From assembly GCA_030248215.1 (NCBI GenBank), contig JASANG010003930.1:372001-436000 (forward strand): DNA of 64,000 nucleotides, read 5' to 3'. This document shows positions 37,749 to 51,830 of this stretch, one piece after another; position 1 is the stretch's first letter, and each line of letters starts with the position of its first letter. This DNA comes from Enoplolaimus lenunculus. Its lineage: Eukaryota. The notes under the pieces are model-generated. The model had not been told where the DNA came from and did no database searches. It saw only the letters and a list, made by a program, of their open reading frames with translations. The position numbers and the translations under genes were made by a program.

Positions 37749-37990
37749 TTGTCAGTCTAGGTAGGAACCGAGACATCAGACCTTTCTACTAAGCAGCTGG
37801 AAAAGAGGGCCTCCAGGGCGGGGATCGAACTCTCAACCTACGGATCCTTATGCGAACACTCTACCACTGCGCCATTTCTCCAACTACATTTTTTGTCGAC
37901 TATGTGCCGACCGTATGCTGCCACCGAGCATACACAGTGCACTGCACTATATTGCATGTGCACGTAACGGACAAGCATGTCTCACATGCT
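37749..37990 (-). mobile_element. Inverted copy of the 25288-25538 repeat, with tRNA-like segment at about 37815-37881
   Basis: Minus strand A-box TGGCGCAGTGG and B-box AGTTCGATCC, then CTTTTCCAGCTGCT..GGTTCCTACCTAGACTGACAA as in the first copy; upstream flank also similar. Confidence 0.65.
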
Positions 37991-38695
37991 AACGATAATG
38001 AGAGTTGAAAAAGCCTGTTTGAGTAACCTTTTTTTGCAGTGAACGTTGTTGCTGTGTCCATCATTAATAGGAGGAGTCGATGATGATTTTTCACTCACGA
38101 CTGTACAACATATCAAAATTTGCGTGGCACAAAAAGTAGCATCGTGCGGTGCGTTTCGAGCTGAACCACTCTATTTATTCGAGAGTGTAGTTGACATTTG
38201 AAACGTGGCATTTAAAAGTAAATATTTCAACGTATGAAATTCACACGATTGGTGACTTTGTCTTCTTCCTAAAAACGTGGGTAAAGGCTAAAAAATAACG
38301 CGTGCTGGGTAGTTCTTTTGTGCACAGAATATGTCCTCAGTTGCATGCTTTTCCTTGTGTATGCATTATCTACTCATGGTAATAGAATCTTAGACTATTA
38401 TGCACGTACAGTATACATTATAATTTCGACTATAAACCAATCGTTCCATTTATGGTATCATGAGTCGATAATTAGTCTTATAGAAAACGGTTAATTATCA
38501 CAGCTGGCTGCGCTCCAGGTTTAATTCTTCACCCCTTTTCTTGACGCAATTTTACTAGTAGAGACAGTGAACCTTTCGTATTCAAAACCACCTGTCGTAC
38601 CTCCAGAATCTATTAGAAATCGGTCAGACTTTATACTGCGCATACGCCGTAATAATTGTTAAACACAGCGCGCACTGTGTATTCTTGGGCATTTT

Positions 38696-38858
38696 GGCCA
38701 ATGTATAGAACAGGGCCGTAACAGTACTTTAAGCATATTTCTAAGCCTAAGCCTAAGCCTACGCCTTAGCAGAATAATAGATCTAAAGCTTAAGCTTAGT
38801 TTATCGTATTCCCGCCAAAAAAACGTAAAAATGCCCCGCTTTGATCTTTACACGGGCC
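38696..38858 (+). mobile_element. Telomere-like-repeat MITE copy
   Basis: Left end GGCCAATGTATAGAACAGGGCC, CTAAGCCTAAGCCTAAGCC core, right end TACACGGGCC; flanks GGCATTTT / GACATTTT (7 of 8 match). Confidence 0.8.
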
Positions 38859-40159
38859 GACATTTTCCACTTATAGTTGCTCATGATATGCGCTATGCAT
38901 GAAAAAGTTGAAAGTCATCACGGACTGTTAGATTTAAGTTTTCTGTTACAACAGTACAGGAAAACACTTTTTCCACGAACTTCGAATTTATTCAACCTTG
39001 GAAAAAGGCATATTGTGCATCACACAAAGACAGTGACAGATGGCGATAAATTTTACTTGCCGTAAAAAATATTTTAAACTAAACCTTAAAATAGCAGAAA
39101 GCACGGCGCCCACTTTCGTTTGTGACATTTGATTCGAATCGAAATACCAGCTGTTAAAAATCAACTTCGATGAAATCGTCAATCTTTTTGCATAAACTGC
39201 CTCCGATGTACGTAGCCTACGCTCGATAGTATCAGTTGTTTCTTGAATTTTATTTGTTTCGCATTGACAATCCGCGTAGGATGCTTTCTAAAATCATCCT
39301 CTAGAAACATACGGCATCTTATATTAGTTCGAACGCAGATGAAGCTGGCTATGATTCTGACATTTTTTTCTGCATTTTTCTATCGTACACACACATTGCT
39401 TAGCTGACATTCCCGATTGTTTTGACTTTTATGAACATTCTTACTATTCAATAGTAACTTGCTGATTTTATTATCATCGAATCAATGTTTCTCATGTTAA
39501 TTAGCGGGGTCTTTTCGGTTATCCGCCCCCAGCCGGCGATCGTCCAAAAATGGTTGGGTTTTGAAAATTTATTAACATTTGACGTTCTCATAACCTCGTA
39601 TGATTATTCCGTTTTTATCAACAGTTAATCAAATTATATACAATTGGACGCAGTGACCGAGCAGAGTTTAATGGTGTCAATTTCATTACAATCAGACGCC
39701 TGTCTAACCAGTTATGGTAATATAACAAATTTGAAGCCGTCCAAAAACGTTGGAAGCGCGCCAAATCAGCTTTTTAACCATAATTCGTTTGACCTCATTC
39801 TGTTCAACTCCGCAAGGTGCGTCGAATGGTACATAATTTGTCTTGATAAATTTTTTTGGGTCCCAACGAAGACCTTGGGACCAAAAAATCAAATTTTTTA
39901 AAAATTCAAATTTGAACGTCAGGGGAGGTTACGAGATCCTCCAAGTATGCAAAAATCAATATTTTATTGTTTAAATTCTTCGCCATCTACAGTTTATCAT
40001 GCAAAATTTCAAGTTTTAAGGTAATGAAGAAATTAAGCATATTATATTCCAGTATAAGGCTACGTATGGCTATGCGTATGCACCAGTACCAAATAACCTA
40101 CTCACTTTAGCTGAATCTGGGATGCAGATAATGAAACTGAATATTTTGTTACAACTCAA

Positions 40160-40350
40160 GCCCAATGTATTGATCAGTGCCGTAACAGTAGCATAAAGCA
40201 TATTCTTAAGAATAAGCCTGAGCGAATCAATAAACCTATATACCTAAGCCTAAGCATAAGCTTAATCCGGAGCCTAAACATGAAATTTATCCAAGGTACG
40301 ATTACTCTTTTGTAGTCCCGCGGAAACAGTCCGCCACTAATCTGTCAACG
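40160..40350 (+). mobile_element. Degenerate telomere-like-repeat MITE copy
   Basis: GCCCAATGTATTGATCAGTGCCGTAACAGTAG..AAGCATATTC..CCTAAGCCTAAGC. Confidence 0.6.
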
Positions 40351-41962
40351 AACATGGGGTGCTCAGTCTCTCCTGCTCAAAAATATACCCCTGCTAGGAA
40401 AGTCTTAACCCTGTTCGCAAATAATGAACAATCCTTTCATTCCCTTATTGAAATGTGTTTGGCCTCTCTCATGTTGAGATGGCTACTAGTCTGGCACCAT
40501 ACAGATTCGCAATGTTCTTAACAATTTGAACCATTAGGTACCGGTAGTTTTAGCTTTAAACTGAAAATAGAGTCCATTTTCATACAAGCCATGATTTATA
40601 CAGCCGCTTGAAGACATTCCTACTTCCTGCAATGCCGAAGCTAGCCTCCCGAGTCCCCCCACATGCGCGACTACTGACGCGATTAGGGCTTTCGGGACAT
40701 GGGGAGGCAGCGCAGTGACTAATTCAAAAAATTTCAGTGTGATTAATACCACGAAAAATGAATTTACGAGAGGACTACGGGGATCGCAACATACAATAGA
40801 AGACTCCTGCTAAGCAGGGCGAGCGAGAAGTCGAAAATGTGTTAAAACCACAATGATATTAAAATTTACTTTGGAATGACTTTGTTTACGAGCCAATTTA
40901 AGGAACTTGGAAAAGGTTTTCATGACCGAAGTGAACGGCAAGCCAAACGTATTTTTTTGCATCAAATGTAATAACAAAACAGTAGTACAGTAATGAAACA
41001 GTGAAGAAAAGCATGCGAGCGAGAAACCACTATCATTTTCATAGTTTAAATCGGACTATGGGGGTTTTAGAATGTCATGTATTTGCAGGGTTGGATCGTT
41101 TCTTTATAGTTTGTAAGTTCTATTCATATATAATACTTTTAACAGCAGTGGTAACAATATTATTAAATTGTGCAGAGGCAAATTTTTAGGGGTACCGACG
41201 CCACACAGTTATAAAATACATCGCTCTGTCATATTTTTGGCCGAAAGAAAAGGGTGTGGGTGTGTGGCGCCTCCGCCCCCAGTTCTAACTGTGATCCTCC
41301 ATCAGATTCAATGAAGTCCCTGAATAATTCGTTAAGGCACTGTGTGACCTACTGGGGCGGGTTTTTGTACACCGAGGTTTCAGTGACGGGGGCCGGCTGA
41401 CAAAAGTTATGAAGCACAATTTTTGCTGTATGCAATATTTGTGTCAATTTTCTGAGGAGGAAAATTCTAAGGGACCTTACCATTTTATTACGCATTTCTG
41501 ATGCGAAGCGTACGCTCCCCAAACCCTACCTCTGGACCCTCTATTAAGTACCATGTAATTGGCTTTAGTAATCTGCCTCTAGTAATATATTGATGTCTTG
41601 TCATAAACAACCAGTTTTTCTGGTCGGCAAAAGATTAATCAATCCCCCGAAGACAATTGGTGTCCATCTCAAATCAAATCAACGTTACGGTAATCATGCA
41701 AACAATGGATGAAACACTGAAAAATATTCAGTTTGTGATTGTGTTTGCTGAAAAGAACATGAGATTACACTGACGTTTTCTAACATTTCAAAGTATAACT
41801 TGTATATTGGAAACGACTGTCAGATGAAATTGGGTTACCGCATTTGAAATGTTTGCATTAGCGGGTCTAAGGGCCATTTCTTACCGAAAAATTCAGTTTT
41901 AAAGCTATTTTACCGGTTTTAATGGTGTTAAACACATCAATTAGAATGCCAAAATCCTGAAA

Positions 41963-42100
41963 AGGCTTTTCAGGACTACACAAACTGAGTCAAATTCGAC
42001 TCCGGTAGAGTCGAATTCTACTCACTGAGCGACTCCGGTAAGTCGAATTTGACTCTGGCGGAGTCCAATTTTACTCAGTTTGTGTAGTCCTAAAAAGCCT
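41963..42100. repeat. Long palindrome inserted in a hAT-like MITE remnant
   Basis: Arms AGGCTTTTCAGGACTACACAAACTGAGT.. and ..ACTCAGTTTGTGTAGTCCTAAAAAGCCT; the flanks correspond to nearly adjacent sequence at about 3630-3685. Confidence 0.8.
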
Positions 42101-45100
42101 ATTTCGGAGAGAGCCAATTTGAATCCCCATTTTTTTGCAGTGTGGAAACTTGTGATAAATTATGGATTATGGCACAAATTGAAAATTTTGGCAATGCACG
42201 CTCAAAGCATTTTGCAAAAATAAGTTAAAATAATACGCCAATTTTTCTTAAATTTTCGAACGAGAAACATTTTCAATACCGAAAATACCGGAAAATTCCG
42301 GTGAAAAAATACCGGATTTATTACAGGAACCGGATAGTAAAAAATACCAGATTTTCCTACCGGAACCGGAATTCCGGTTGCACCCACGCCATGAGTCCAC
42401 CGAGGTTTTGTCCCCAACCGGGTTCAAAACAAAAATTCTGTGTTAAATTTTACTACTAAATTGTGTTTAGCTTCTCGCTCGCTTCGCTTCAGAGTATTTT
42501 TCTGTATTACATTTCCGCAAAATTCCCCGTCAGAAATTTCTTCATTTGCCACTGCTTGGTTGTACGAACAAGACGAACCAAACACCAATTGATGTTCAGG
42601 ACAGCCTAAAGCAACTACACGCTACCAATAGAAGAACACATTTTCAAAGTATAAATTAGACCAGGTTTTTACGGCGTGTAAAATGTAGATTGATTTCTAT
42701 CCTGCATATTCACAGAAAACACAGGGAACCAAGCATAGTCAACCGGAAAAAAACCTGTAAAAATAAATTTGCGAATTGCCAAAGCCAAATGTATATATTA
42801 GTTTAGAACATGGCATACGCATACGTTGTATAACGATATATATTACATGTCATAACATTAAAAGTGAAATGTTACGAACGGCAATAATATTTTCCTTTGC
42901 TTTATTATCAGATTTGAACTAATGATTATAGTATAATAAATATGTGATTTTTGGACAGGTGCTAATAATAGAATAAGCCTAATTTTTGCAATAAACAATT
43001 TGATTTTGTCAGTTATTGTTTAAGTCTTACATTTCGTTATAAAAAGTGATGCGTGACCACAAGCTATTTCGCTCTATTAAATGAACAATGGATATATTAT
43101 AGTTGGTGATGGACTGTAAACATTGAATTTTTTCATCCAGACATAAATTCTGATGTTAAAATTCAAAACTTTAACCTTAAAACTATTTGTTTACAGTTGC
43201 AAGGGCGCGGGCATGTCCAGGACCCTGTAAGTAACAACATTTGAAGGTTTCTATTAATTCGGTTACGAAAGTGTAGTATCGGGTGAGAGGTCTACACCAC
43301 GTAACCCTTCCTCTGGGTGAACGTGTTTGCATGTAAACTAAACTTTGCCTAGCGTACCGTTCTCGAGACGTTTTGACTTGCTTTGTGCGGAATACGTGCA
43401 ACGAAATTGTACCAGGGTGCCACCGGAGGTAAAAGCATTAAATGCGTAACCGGATTTGAACAAAACTTAGGTGAAGCCGTAGATGACGCGAAAATAGGTA
43501 GCTTTAACAGTATTTAATTTATTAATTTTAACAAATACCTCTGAAGAGTTGTCAAAATTTTTTGTTTTAGTTTTATTTTTCAGAAATGCGACAATATGTT
43601 ATTAAAATTGTACCAAATCCTACAAACAAACGTACTGAACGATACAATTTTTGTAAAACTATTAAAATCTTCACTGTGGAAATTGGCGGAACCTCCGACA
43701 TAAATTCTACCGGAGCCGGGGGTCGGTGGTTGTATATACCCTGGTACGTATATAAATTTGAATCTTGTGTTGATGCTCTTAAGAACAACCGGGTGAGTTG
43801 GCCTGCCGCTGGCAAAATTGTCAATTTTCGTTCGTTGTTCCAAAAATAAGATTTCTTGTTCTGGAAATGCTTTGCGTAGCGAAAACAGTTGTTAAAACCA
43901 TTTTTTCAATTTCTGATCAAGCCATAGATATAATTATTTGTAGTGAAAGTTTATTGTTAGTTATAGTTGTGTGTAGTTTTTCAATCAAAATAATTAAAAT
44001 TCTGTTTATATATATTATATGAATATATGTTGCAAAAGTACTTTTATATTACCTCTTCAGTAACCGCAGAAGGATTATATACCGCATCTCACACCTGTGA
44101 GCACCTCTGATGACAAAACGAGTATTGTGATCAGAGTGGGACTTTATTCGCGGCACTTGCGAATAAAACGTGCACAGTGGGTAGATCTTTTTTTCGCGAG
44201 TAAACCCACGAGTAAAAAATTTATTTGTCTGGGTAAACCGCGGGTCGAGTATAAAATCCTTACCCACATTCCATCGTGATGGTGATTGTACCAATTGCTA
44301 TCCTAATATATGCACAGCAACCATGCTTCTATGTAAGTAAAAACTCTTTCTATACTACAATTCAAGTGTGCTGTCGTTCTGTTGTAAAAGCAACAGCATA
44401 ACCAGGTTACCCAAGGGCCATGAAACTTTCCAACAAATTAGAGAAATTTATTTCTATTACGAAATGTAGCTGAAAAAGTTAGTGTTGCGCTGTACTTTTC
44501 TGTACCACGCAATCCCGCGAGCCGCCATCCACCACCCCACGACGCCGCACGGCACCGTCTATCGCTGCATGTAACGGACGCAGCCGTCCATTGCCGCATG
44601 TTACAAACCAAACTAAATTTTTATTACGGAGTCATAAGCAATTACCGTGGCACTCGCCCAATCAAAATTCGTTGCTGCGCGCTTGTGTTCTAAAAATGTA
44701 CCAAAATGTTACACTCGACAATCGCTCAACAATATTCGTTGATCATTAAAATGTCTCGAACATACCGTAATACTGTAGTTACCCGAATAACAAGAAACTG
44801 ATATGTATTTCAGTTCGCCAGTTACCACAACTACTACTACTCCGGTGCTGACTGTTATCCGTTTTTTAAATCGTACACTGTTGTTTGGATACTTACCTCT
44901 CGTTATAGAATTCTTTCTTTTGGATTAAACAATTGTTTGATGATATGTCACTTAAGATAGGAGCATACCTTTAAACTTCAGGTAGGCTTCTACGAATTAA
45001 ATATAATAAATATAGATTGCGTAATAAACTTCTGTACTGGATTTGCTTTAAGGAATCATTGTCATACGGAATTTCTGATAAACGTCACACTAATGTAATA

Positions 45101-48100
45101 GTTTCTGTTGTTATTGTGGAAACTAACGAATTTGCATGCACCAATGAGTCAGAAGTTGCAAAATATTGTGGTATTCGCATGAGGACATTTGACGAAACCA
45201 ACACGAACATTTATAAAGGTTGCTGTTCTTCAGTCTTTCTTCATCAATTTATTAATGTTCCGGGTACAACGGCACATCACGTTGTTTCTGTTTTTCCTAC
45301 TCGCACGAATATTAATAATACTAACTTTTAGTGAAATTTTCACTTTATAATTTTTATGGCACGCTTGACAGTGCAGCTTACGCGGTTGGCTGATTGTCAA
45401 AAGTGCTAAGAATAGAAGTTTTCCACTCATGTCAAATCGATTTTGAATGTAGGCTGGCATCTGACATATTATATTTTCAATTGGCATAAAAACGAGAAAC
45501 GTGTTCATTTTCATCTTAGAAGTAAATATTTTGTAGATGATATATTACGATGCTGTAATAACCTGACACCAAACGCCCACTACCTGTTATTCCAATTCTT
45601 CGTTATTAATGCTGTCTTTTATATCGTTGAAGACCGTGGGTTGAGAATGCCTCTGAACACTTCAACTGATGGGCGGCTTTGTGAAACTTTGCTTAAGTAC
45701 ATTTATATACATGTCTTTGCTAAAGCAATTACTCAAATTGTGCGTTTCCAACATCGTTCTAAGTAACTTATTGTAATATATTTTCTCCCATGATTATTTG
45801 GTTTAAGGTATGACGCTTTGCTCCGTGTGATAATTTGCTCCCATAAGATATCACACTTTTTTCCAATATATTTTGCCCTTCTATAAGACTTTGACACATA
45901 TGATGCTTCGCGCACTGTGATATTTGGTCTCCCGTGATATCTTGTCCTCATAAGGTATGACACATTCGTCATAATATTTTGCGCTCCCGTAGTATTTTGA
46001 ACCCATTTAAGCAAAAAATAGTCTAAAGCTTACGCTTACTCTTGTACTGCCCAGCGAAAGAACGGTGCGTCCGTGAAATGCAAAAATCGGGCGGAGGGGC
46101 TGTAGAACAATATGAGGGGTGGGGCAACATATCATGTGGTGGCAAAGCGTTGCACCTTAATGGGGACAAATTATACGACATAAGTAACTATGTCACTGGA
46201 AGTATTTGACTTGGTACAAACTGCGAAAAGGTCAAAGGTATTGATAAATACGCTTTTCATAGTCAAGTTGTATATTTCACCGCATAGTCAGAATCAGAAT
46301 AAGAAGCTAAAACGCCGCACGTTATTCTGGCAATATCAATTATTTTGGGAAAAGCAAAAATCTTTACAAGCCGCATCTCTGCAACCCAGTGTTTATCTTG
46401 GTAATTTCTAAGATTTTGTAAAAGAAATTTGCCAGAAATTCCTGCGCTCGTTGAAAAAAATTTAAGTAATATTCTTAAGTTTAACCACGTAACGCTTTAT
46501 TACTAAACTTTAGATTAATATTTAACATCCAAATGCATGTGAGCCAAATTAATACGATTACATGCTTCTATTGAACTAACCAAATCCTGGTTGATATTAT
46601 ACGATAGAATAATCTTCTGAAAATGCTACTCTAATCATTACAAATAGTTTTGCTGTCCGCAATATGTTTCAGATAAATTAATAGTGAACACAAATTCCGA
46701 CGGTAAAGTTCGTTAACGGCTGTTCAGGTTTCATCAAACGACAGTGTTCTCGTCTTGTTCTGCCATTTTCATATATGAAACATACCCCACGTTGCTCATA
46801 TGTTTAGCATTTTCTTTCTAGTAAATGTCGTTATGGTTTATAACTATCATCAAATGTCAGATATGCGTGATTGGTGAGTTGCAGCACAGTAAACAATTAG
46901 GCTAGCAATACCACGTTCATTCGAGTGAAACAAACACTGTTTATAAGTATTTGTCCATTTGACCTTTCAAACGTCAACTTAGGCGAAAATTTTTCACCGT
47001 ATGTGTAAGCTGTGAAATGTCTTACTTGAAATCGCAGATGATGACTGTCTGCAAAAAATAAAACTTTATTTGACATTTGACTTAATTTGATAGTTATGTA
47101 AGTCAAAATACAGGCCTTACAAGTAAATTTCTTTAGTAATTCGGTCAAAAAACTCATTAACCCTTGTAAGCTTGTGATACATGCTTGTTCGTTAAGTCCA
47201 CATGCAATATAGTGCAATGCACTGTATTTAATTTAACACTTGAAATTTATAAACAATTACGGGTTCAAGTGTCATCTCAAAGCACTTCTCTTTCATATTT
47301 CTTTAACGATATTTACCTGATCCAAACTTCACAAACTTTTTAAACAGCTGCAATTCAAAATCCATGCTAACCAGAACATCATTCCACGCAAAAATATCTG
47401 GCAAAACAGCGTGCTTCGAATCATATAATCAAATTTAAAGCAGCGACAAAGTCTTGTCTTATATACAGCATGAATTTCTGTCTGACATACCGCAATACAA
47501 AACTTGGCTAGGCAGTTTAAATGCGTTTGAACCGGAACAAGTCACTATTCATTTTTAACGATTTGTTCTATGATACTGCCGTCATTGGAGGCTAGCCGGT
47601 CTAAAGATTGCATAAACGACTAAAACTTGTTTGTTAACAAACTTTCGAGGTTACGGTCTAGGGATATGTGAATTTTTGTTTACTTAAAGGAGGCGTCTCT
47701 TTCTGAAGTAAAAAATCTAATCAGCGAATAAGTTATGATAGTTGAAATGTTAAAGAGCTGACCTATTGGGAGGATTTCAATGTTTATTGTTGGCCGAGTG
47801 ATATGTGGACCGAATGAGAATATGCGATTAAAAGCGTTTGATTGTTCGTTTTTGTGCGAGTTGTGATTATTTTGGTCAGCTTGAAGTCGAAAGATTTACG
47901 GGCAAATTTGTGTTGATTCTTTCGGAACTTGTTTGTTTTAGTTTCCCATACACTAATATTAATTTGATAGAACCAACAGTTTCTGCTCACGTTGCTATTT
48001 ATATCATTCTTAAGTGTAAGGCTAAACCTAAGCCTAAGAAAAAGCCCATGTTACAATATTGTTGGAATGAGAACTTCTTGTATCGCGAAAACTACTGAAG

Positions 48101-51100
48101 TTCCTTGATGTTTTATAACTCTGCGCTGTACAAAAATATAACATTTCTTTATCAAACAAATGTTGATTCAGATCCGGTAACAAAGCCAGAGAAAGACCAG
48201 GGGAGCCCAACCCGACCTTGAAGAAACGTTGTACCACTAGAAATGTTTCAACCGTACTAGTAAGCCACCTGAAACGTGCGTTGACGCCCCTCCAGCAAAA
48301 TTATTAGCTCCCATAGCATGTTGAGCTATCTACCGGCCTGCCCAGAGCGTTTGCGTGAATTTGTTTGTTAGCATTTAAGCTGCCATAACCATTTTTTGTG
48401 TTAAATACGGACTATTCGTAGAATATATTTTTTGTCATATTATCAAAGCATGTTTTAGAAACTGTCGCATGGACTAAAGAGGATTCAACCAAAAATACCA
48501 TGGTACTATATAGACGGATGTCAATTTTAATTCAAAAGGCAACATTAGCATACTAACGTGAAAACAATGTTTAATGATTATACATTTAAAGCACCGGTAT
48601 ATATTGCTAGCAGTACTTGAACATGGCTGGGAGTTGCATAAGCGATGCAACTGCAGCACTGTCGCAACCCTAAGCACTGCTTTATATAATATATATGTAT
48701 ATGCATATATATAATTATATAAATATATATTACATATATATTACATATATATGTTACTTTCGGATGTCATACCGTCACCACATATGTTATACGGTTTGTC
48801 CTAGATCCCTGCTTGTACATCTTAGTCGAACGTTCTCGCGGCCGCCATAATTGCAAGCGAACATCAAAACTAATTTAAAATTTTAAATAATACATTAGCA
48901 CACAGACCTGAAGTCACACTTATCTCAACACCGATCCGCAGTCTAACTTGTTTCATTTTATTGTGAAGACGTAGTCAGGATTGTTAATGGAGACAGTATA
49001 ATTGTATAACTAATCATGCATATAAGCTTTGCGAGCAAACGTATCGCGCAGCAAAATGTTTTCCACTATTAAAATCCTACAGGCTATCCCATAGCTTGTA
49101 AAAGCGCCTTTTTTCTTGCCTTTAATCTTTTGCTCATTGAGTATACTATGAGCAACTAAATACAAAAAAATATACGAGCAATACAGACACTGTGAGCAGT
49201 GTTTAGCAATTCTAACATATGAGTTGTGCAGAATCTACACAAGACATAAGAGCCCCCTTGGACTGGAGCGTTGAGCTCCTATAGCTCAGTGGTCATTGTA
49301 AGCGCCTCTCACTTGTGAGACTGAGTATCGAAACTTAACTTGAAATTCCATCTCATATGAAATTGAAAATATTCATAAGAGACATGGCTAGTTTGAAGCC
49401 TCTTTGATTGTTCGTTGTTCTGTATTAAATGTATATATCATAGAACTAGAGGTAGATCATAATGGACGCCAGCGTAGTCGTGGACCTTCCCACACTGACT
49501 TCCAAAGGTCCATGGCGAACGTTTCAAAAATAAACAACTTAAATCGATAACATTTTTTTGACCCTTACTTTTTATGGTTAACCCTTTTTTGGACATGCGA
49601 ACTACATCAGAGCCAGGGCCCAGGTGGTCAAGATCCACCCCTGCTTAGAGAACACCTGCTTTACTGTCTTCAAAAACTTCATAGTTGCATTTTATAGATT
49701 TAAGAACTCATTCTTTATCTGCGGATTTGAGGCGGCAAACAGAATGCAACGTTCGTTTTTGCATCGCTGGTTAATTGAAAATGACCGCTGTTTTAAAAGC
49801 ATTGTACCCGAATGTGTCACTGAACCACTATAAAATGCATATTATTTTCCGTTAGGTTTTAAGGCCCACGTTAGTCATGGGAGCCTGCCCACAAGCAGAC
49901 AGCGGCGGGGTTTGACAATTTTACAGTGTGGGAAGCTTAGGCTTTGGTTTAGGCATAGTAAACATGCTCCAACAATGTGTCGATCTGCTGTGTGCGTCTT
50001 AAAAATAACTGTGTAGCATTCTTGAAACAACAGGATTATCTGGCTTCACACGACTTATGTCCATATTGAATATGGGCTTCTGCTGCTTACTCGTGTAGCA
50101 GCAAAATTCAGCAAAGTGTCATTTTAGAAAAATTTACTGTTTTACTGTCCATAACTTATTATTGTATAGGTTTGACTTAAAAGCAACTAAAGCGGATAAT
50201 GTGGACGCCAAATAATACACAATGCGACAAAAAGTATTTCTGAATTTTTCAGAAAAGAATTTTCTGTGGCAAATCTAACAAGTTTTTCTGAGATTTAAGA
50301 CAATTTTTCAAAAAACAACTGGAAAACTTTTATTTTCAGACTTATCAAAACTTTTCTGAAATCTTTTCTGTTATAACAGAAATACTTTTCAAGTGCACCT
50401 TGCTAATTATTTCTTAAATGTAAGCAATTTTTTCTTATATATCAGAAATGTTATTTCGAGTGTACTTAACAGTAGTTTATGCGCATGTGAATGATTTTTA
50501 TTTGAGTATCTAACAAGAGCACATGAGGTAACTCAAAACAGATCGGCCGTCAGTGTTTTGGTTTCGGGTCTGTCTGGTAAGGAACCTTATCTTTGATGAT
50601 AAACCATCAAGAGTCAAAAGAAAAGCAGTGTAGATTAAAAAACCTCAACCGCAACAAGCTAAAAGATAGCCTATTTTTTGCATTTAATGTTATAAGTTTC
50701 AGTATAAAACTTTAGTTTCGTTGGATTTATTCGGGAGTCGACGACACAACTTTATTTTTAGCAATGAAAAAACTGACACTCCAGACGCCCCTGTTACGTA
50801 TGCTTGGGTTGCGCGGTGAGCAAAAAATTATACACGGTGCCAGCTGATTAAGTACCTTAAAAATTGATGCAATGTTGACAACCCGCAAATATTAGACAAG
50901 AAGCAGTTAGAAAACTTTTATAAGACAAAATTGAGCACGGAAGGCTTCACAATTAAAAAACTTGCAACATATGACGTAGAAAATTGTCCCACCACAACTT
51001 TTTGAGCACTTTGACGGGACATAAAGTTTCATTAGGAAAGTTGTTTAGTTGAAACCATATAATTACGAGAAAGTATGATTTTTTGCGCACATAGCAAAGT

Positions 51101-51649
51101 TACAAAAAATTGTGCACAATTGTTGCTTTATTTTAATTGGCTATGAAGATGAAATTATATGAAGCTAGCTTCTTCATAAAACCAGTCCTTGCTTATAAAT
51201 GCTGCCCATCAGAAAATTTTCGTGATGAAATGGTATGGGCCCAACCTTCCAATTATTCCTGCACCGAAAATTGGCACATATATGGCATACAGTGAACACT
51301 GCTTTTAATGCCTTTTGCCAGCCCGCCTTGCGTCAGAAGTTTCGGGATTCGCCGTTGATCCAATAGACTAACCGCCTTCTCAAATATATATTGTTATCTT
51401 ACATCTGGCAATGCTTAAAATATTGGTCTCTGGTAAAAAGTTAACGTCTACCTTTAGTCTCTGACCTACGCTTTGAAGACTGTTTCGTTTTCAATCTCTT
51501 GCATCAAAGGTAAACTCGTATATATTATCAAAAATGTCATTTTGTAAGTTATCGGTACGCTAAGATATTGCGTTCACTTTCAACCATTCTGAGCAATACG
51601 GAAGAAGACCCTTGTGCACTTTTCTCTACTTTTAAGATTTAGATATATC

Positions 51650-51830
51650 TTAGACTTAGGGTCAGGCTTAGCCTAAGGTAAAGATTTACACAAAGCTTTA
51701 AGATTAGGCGTACGCTTAAGTCAGCCTTTGTCGAAATCTAAGCCTTAAGCCTAAGCCTAAGATTAAGCCTAAAGTGTGCAATAGCCAGCAAAAGCTTTTT
51801 GCTGAAGCCTTTACCTAAACCAAAGTCTGT
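51650..51830. repeat. Cluster of degenerate TTAGGC/GCCTAA repeats in both orientations
   Basis: GGCTTAGCCTAAGG..TTAGGCG..CTAAGCCTTAAGCCTAAGCCTAAG. Confidence 0.6.

Noticed and set aside
38518..38540. Spliced-leader (SL1) RNA gene
   Set aside because: Only GGTTTAATT matches; the rest of the leader and the donor site are absent.
45017..45766. Transposase remnant among overlapping short ORFs
   Set aside because: No recognisable catalytic or dimerisation motif by eye.
49274..49335. tRNA gene
   Set aside because: A-box TAGCTCAGTGG is present, but there is no proper B-box or cloverleaf; at most a decayed SINE head.
51650..51830. True telomere or telomere-fusion site
   Set aside because: Repeats are short and degenerate and resemble the dispersed MITE core.
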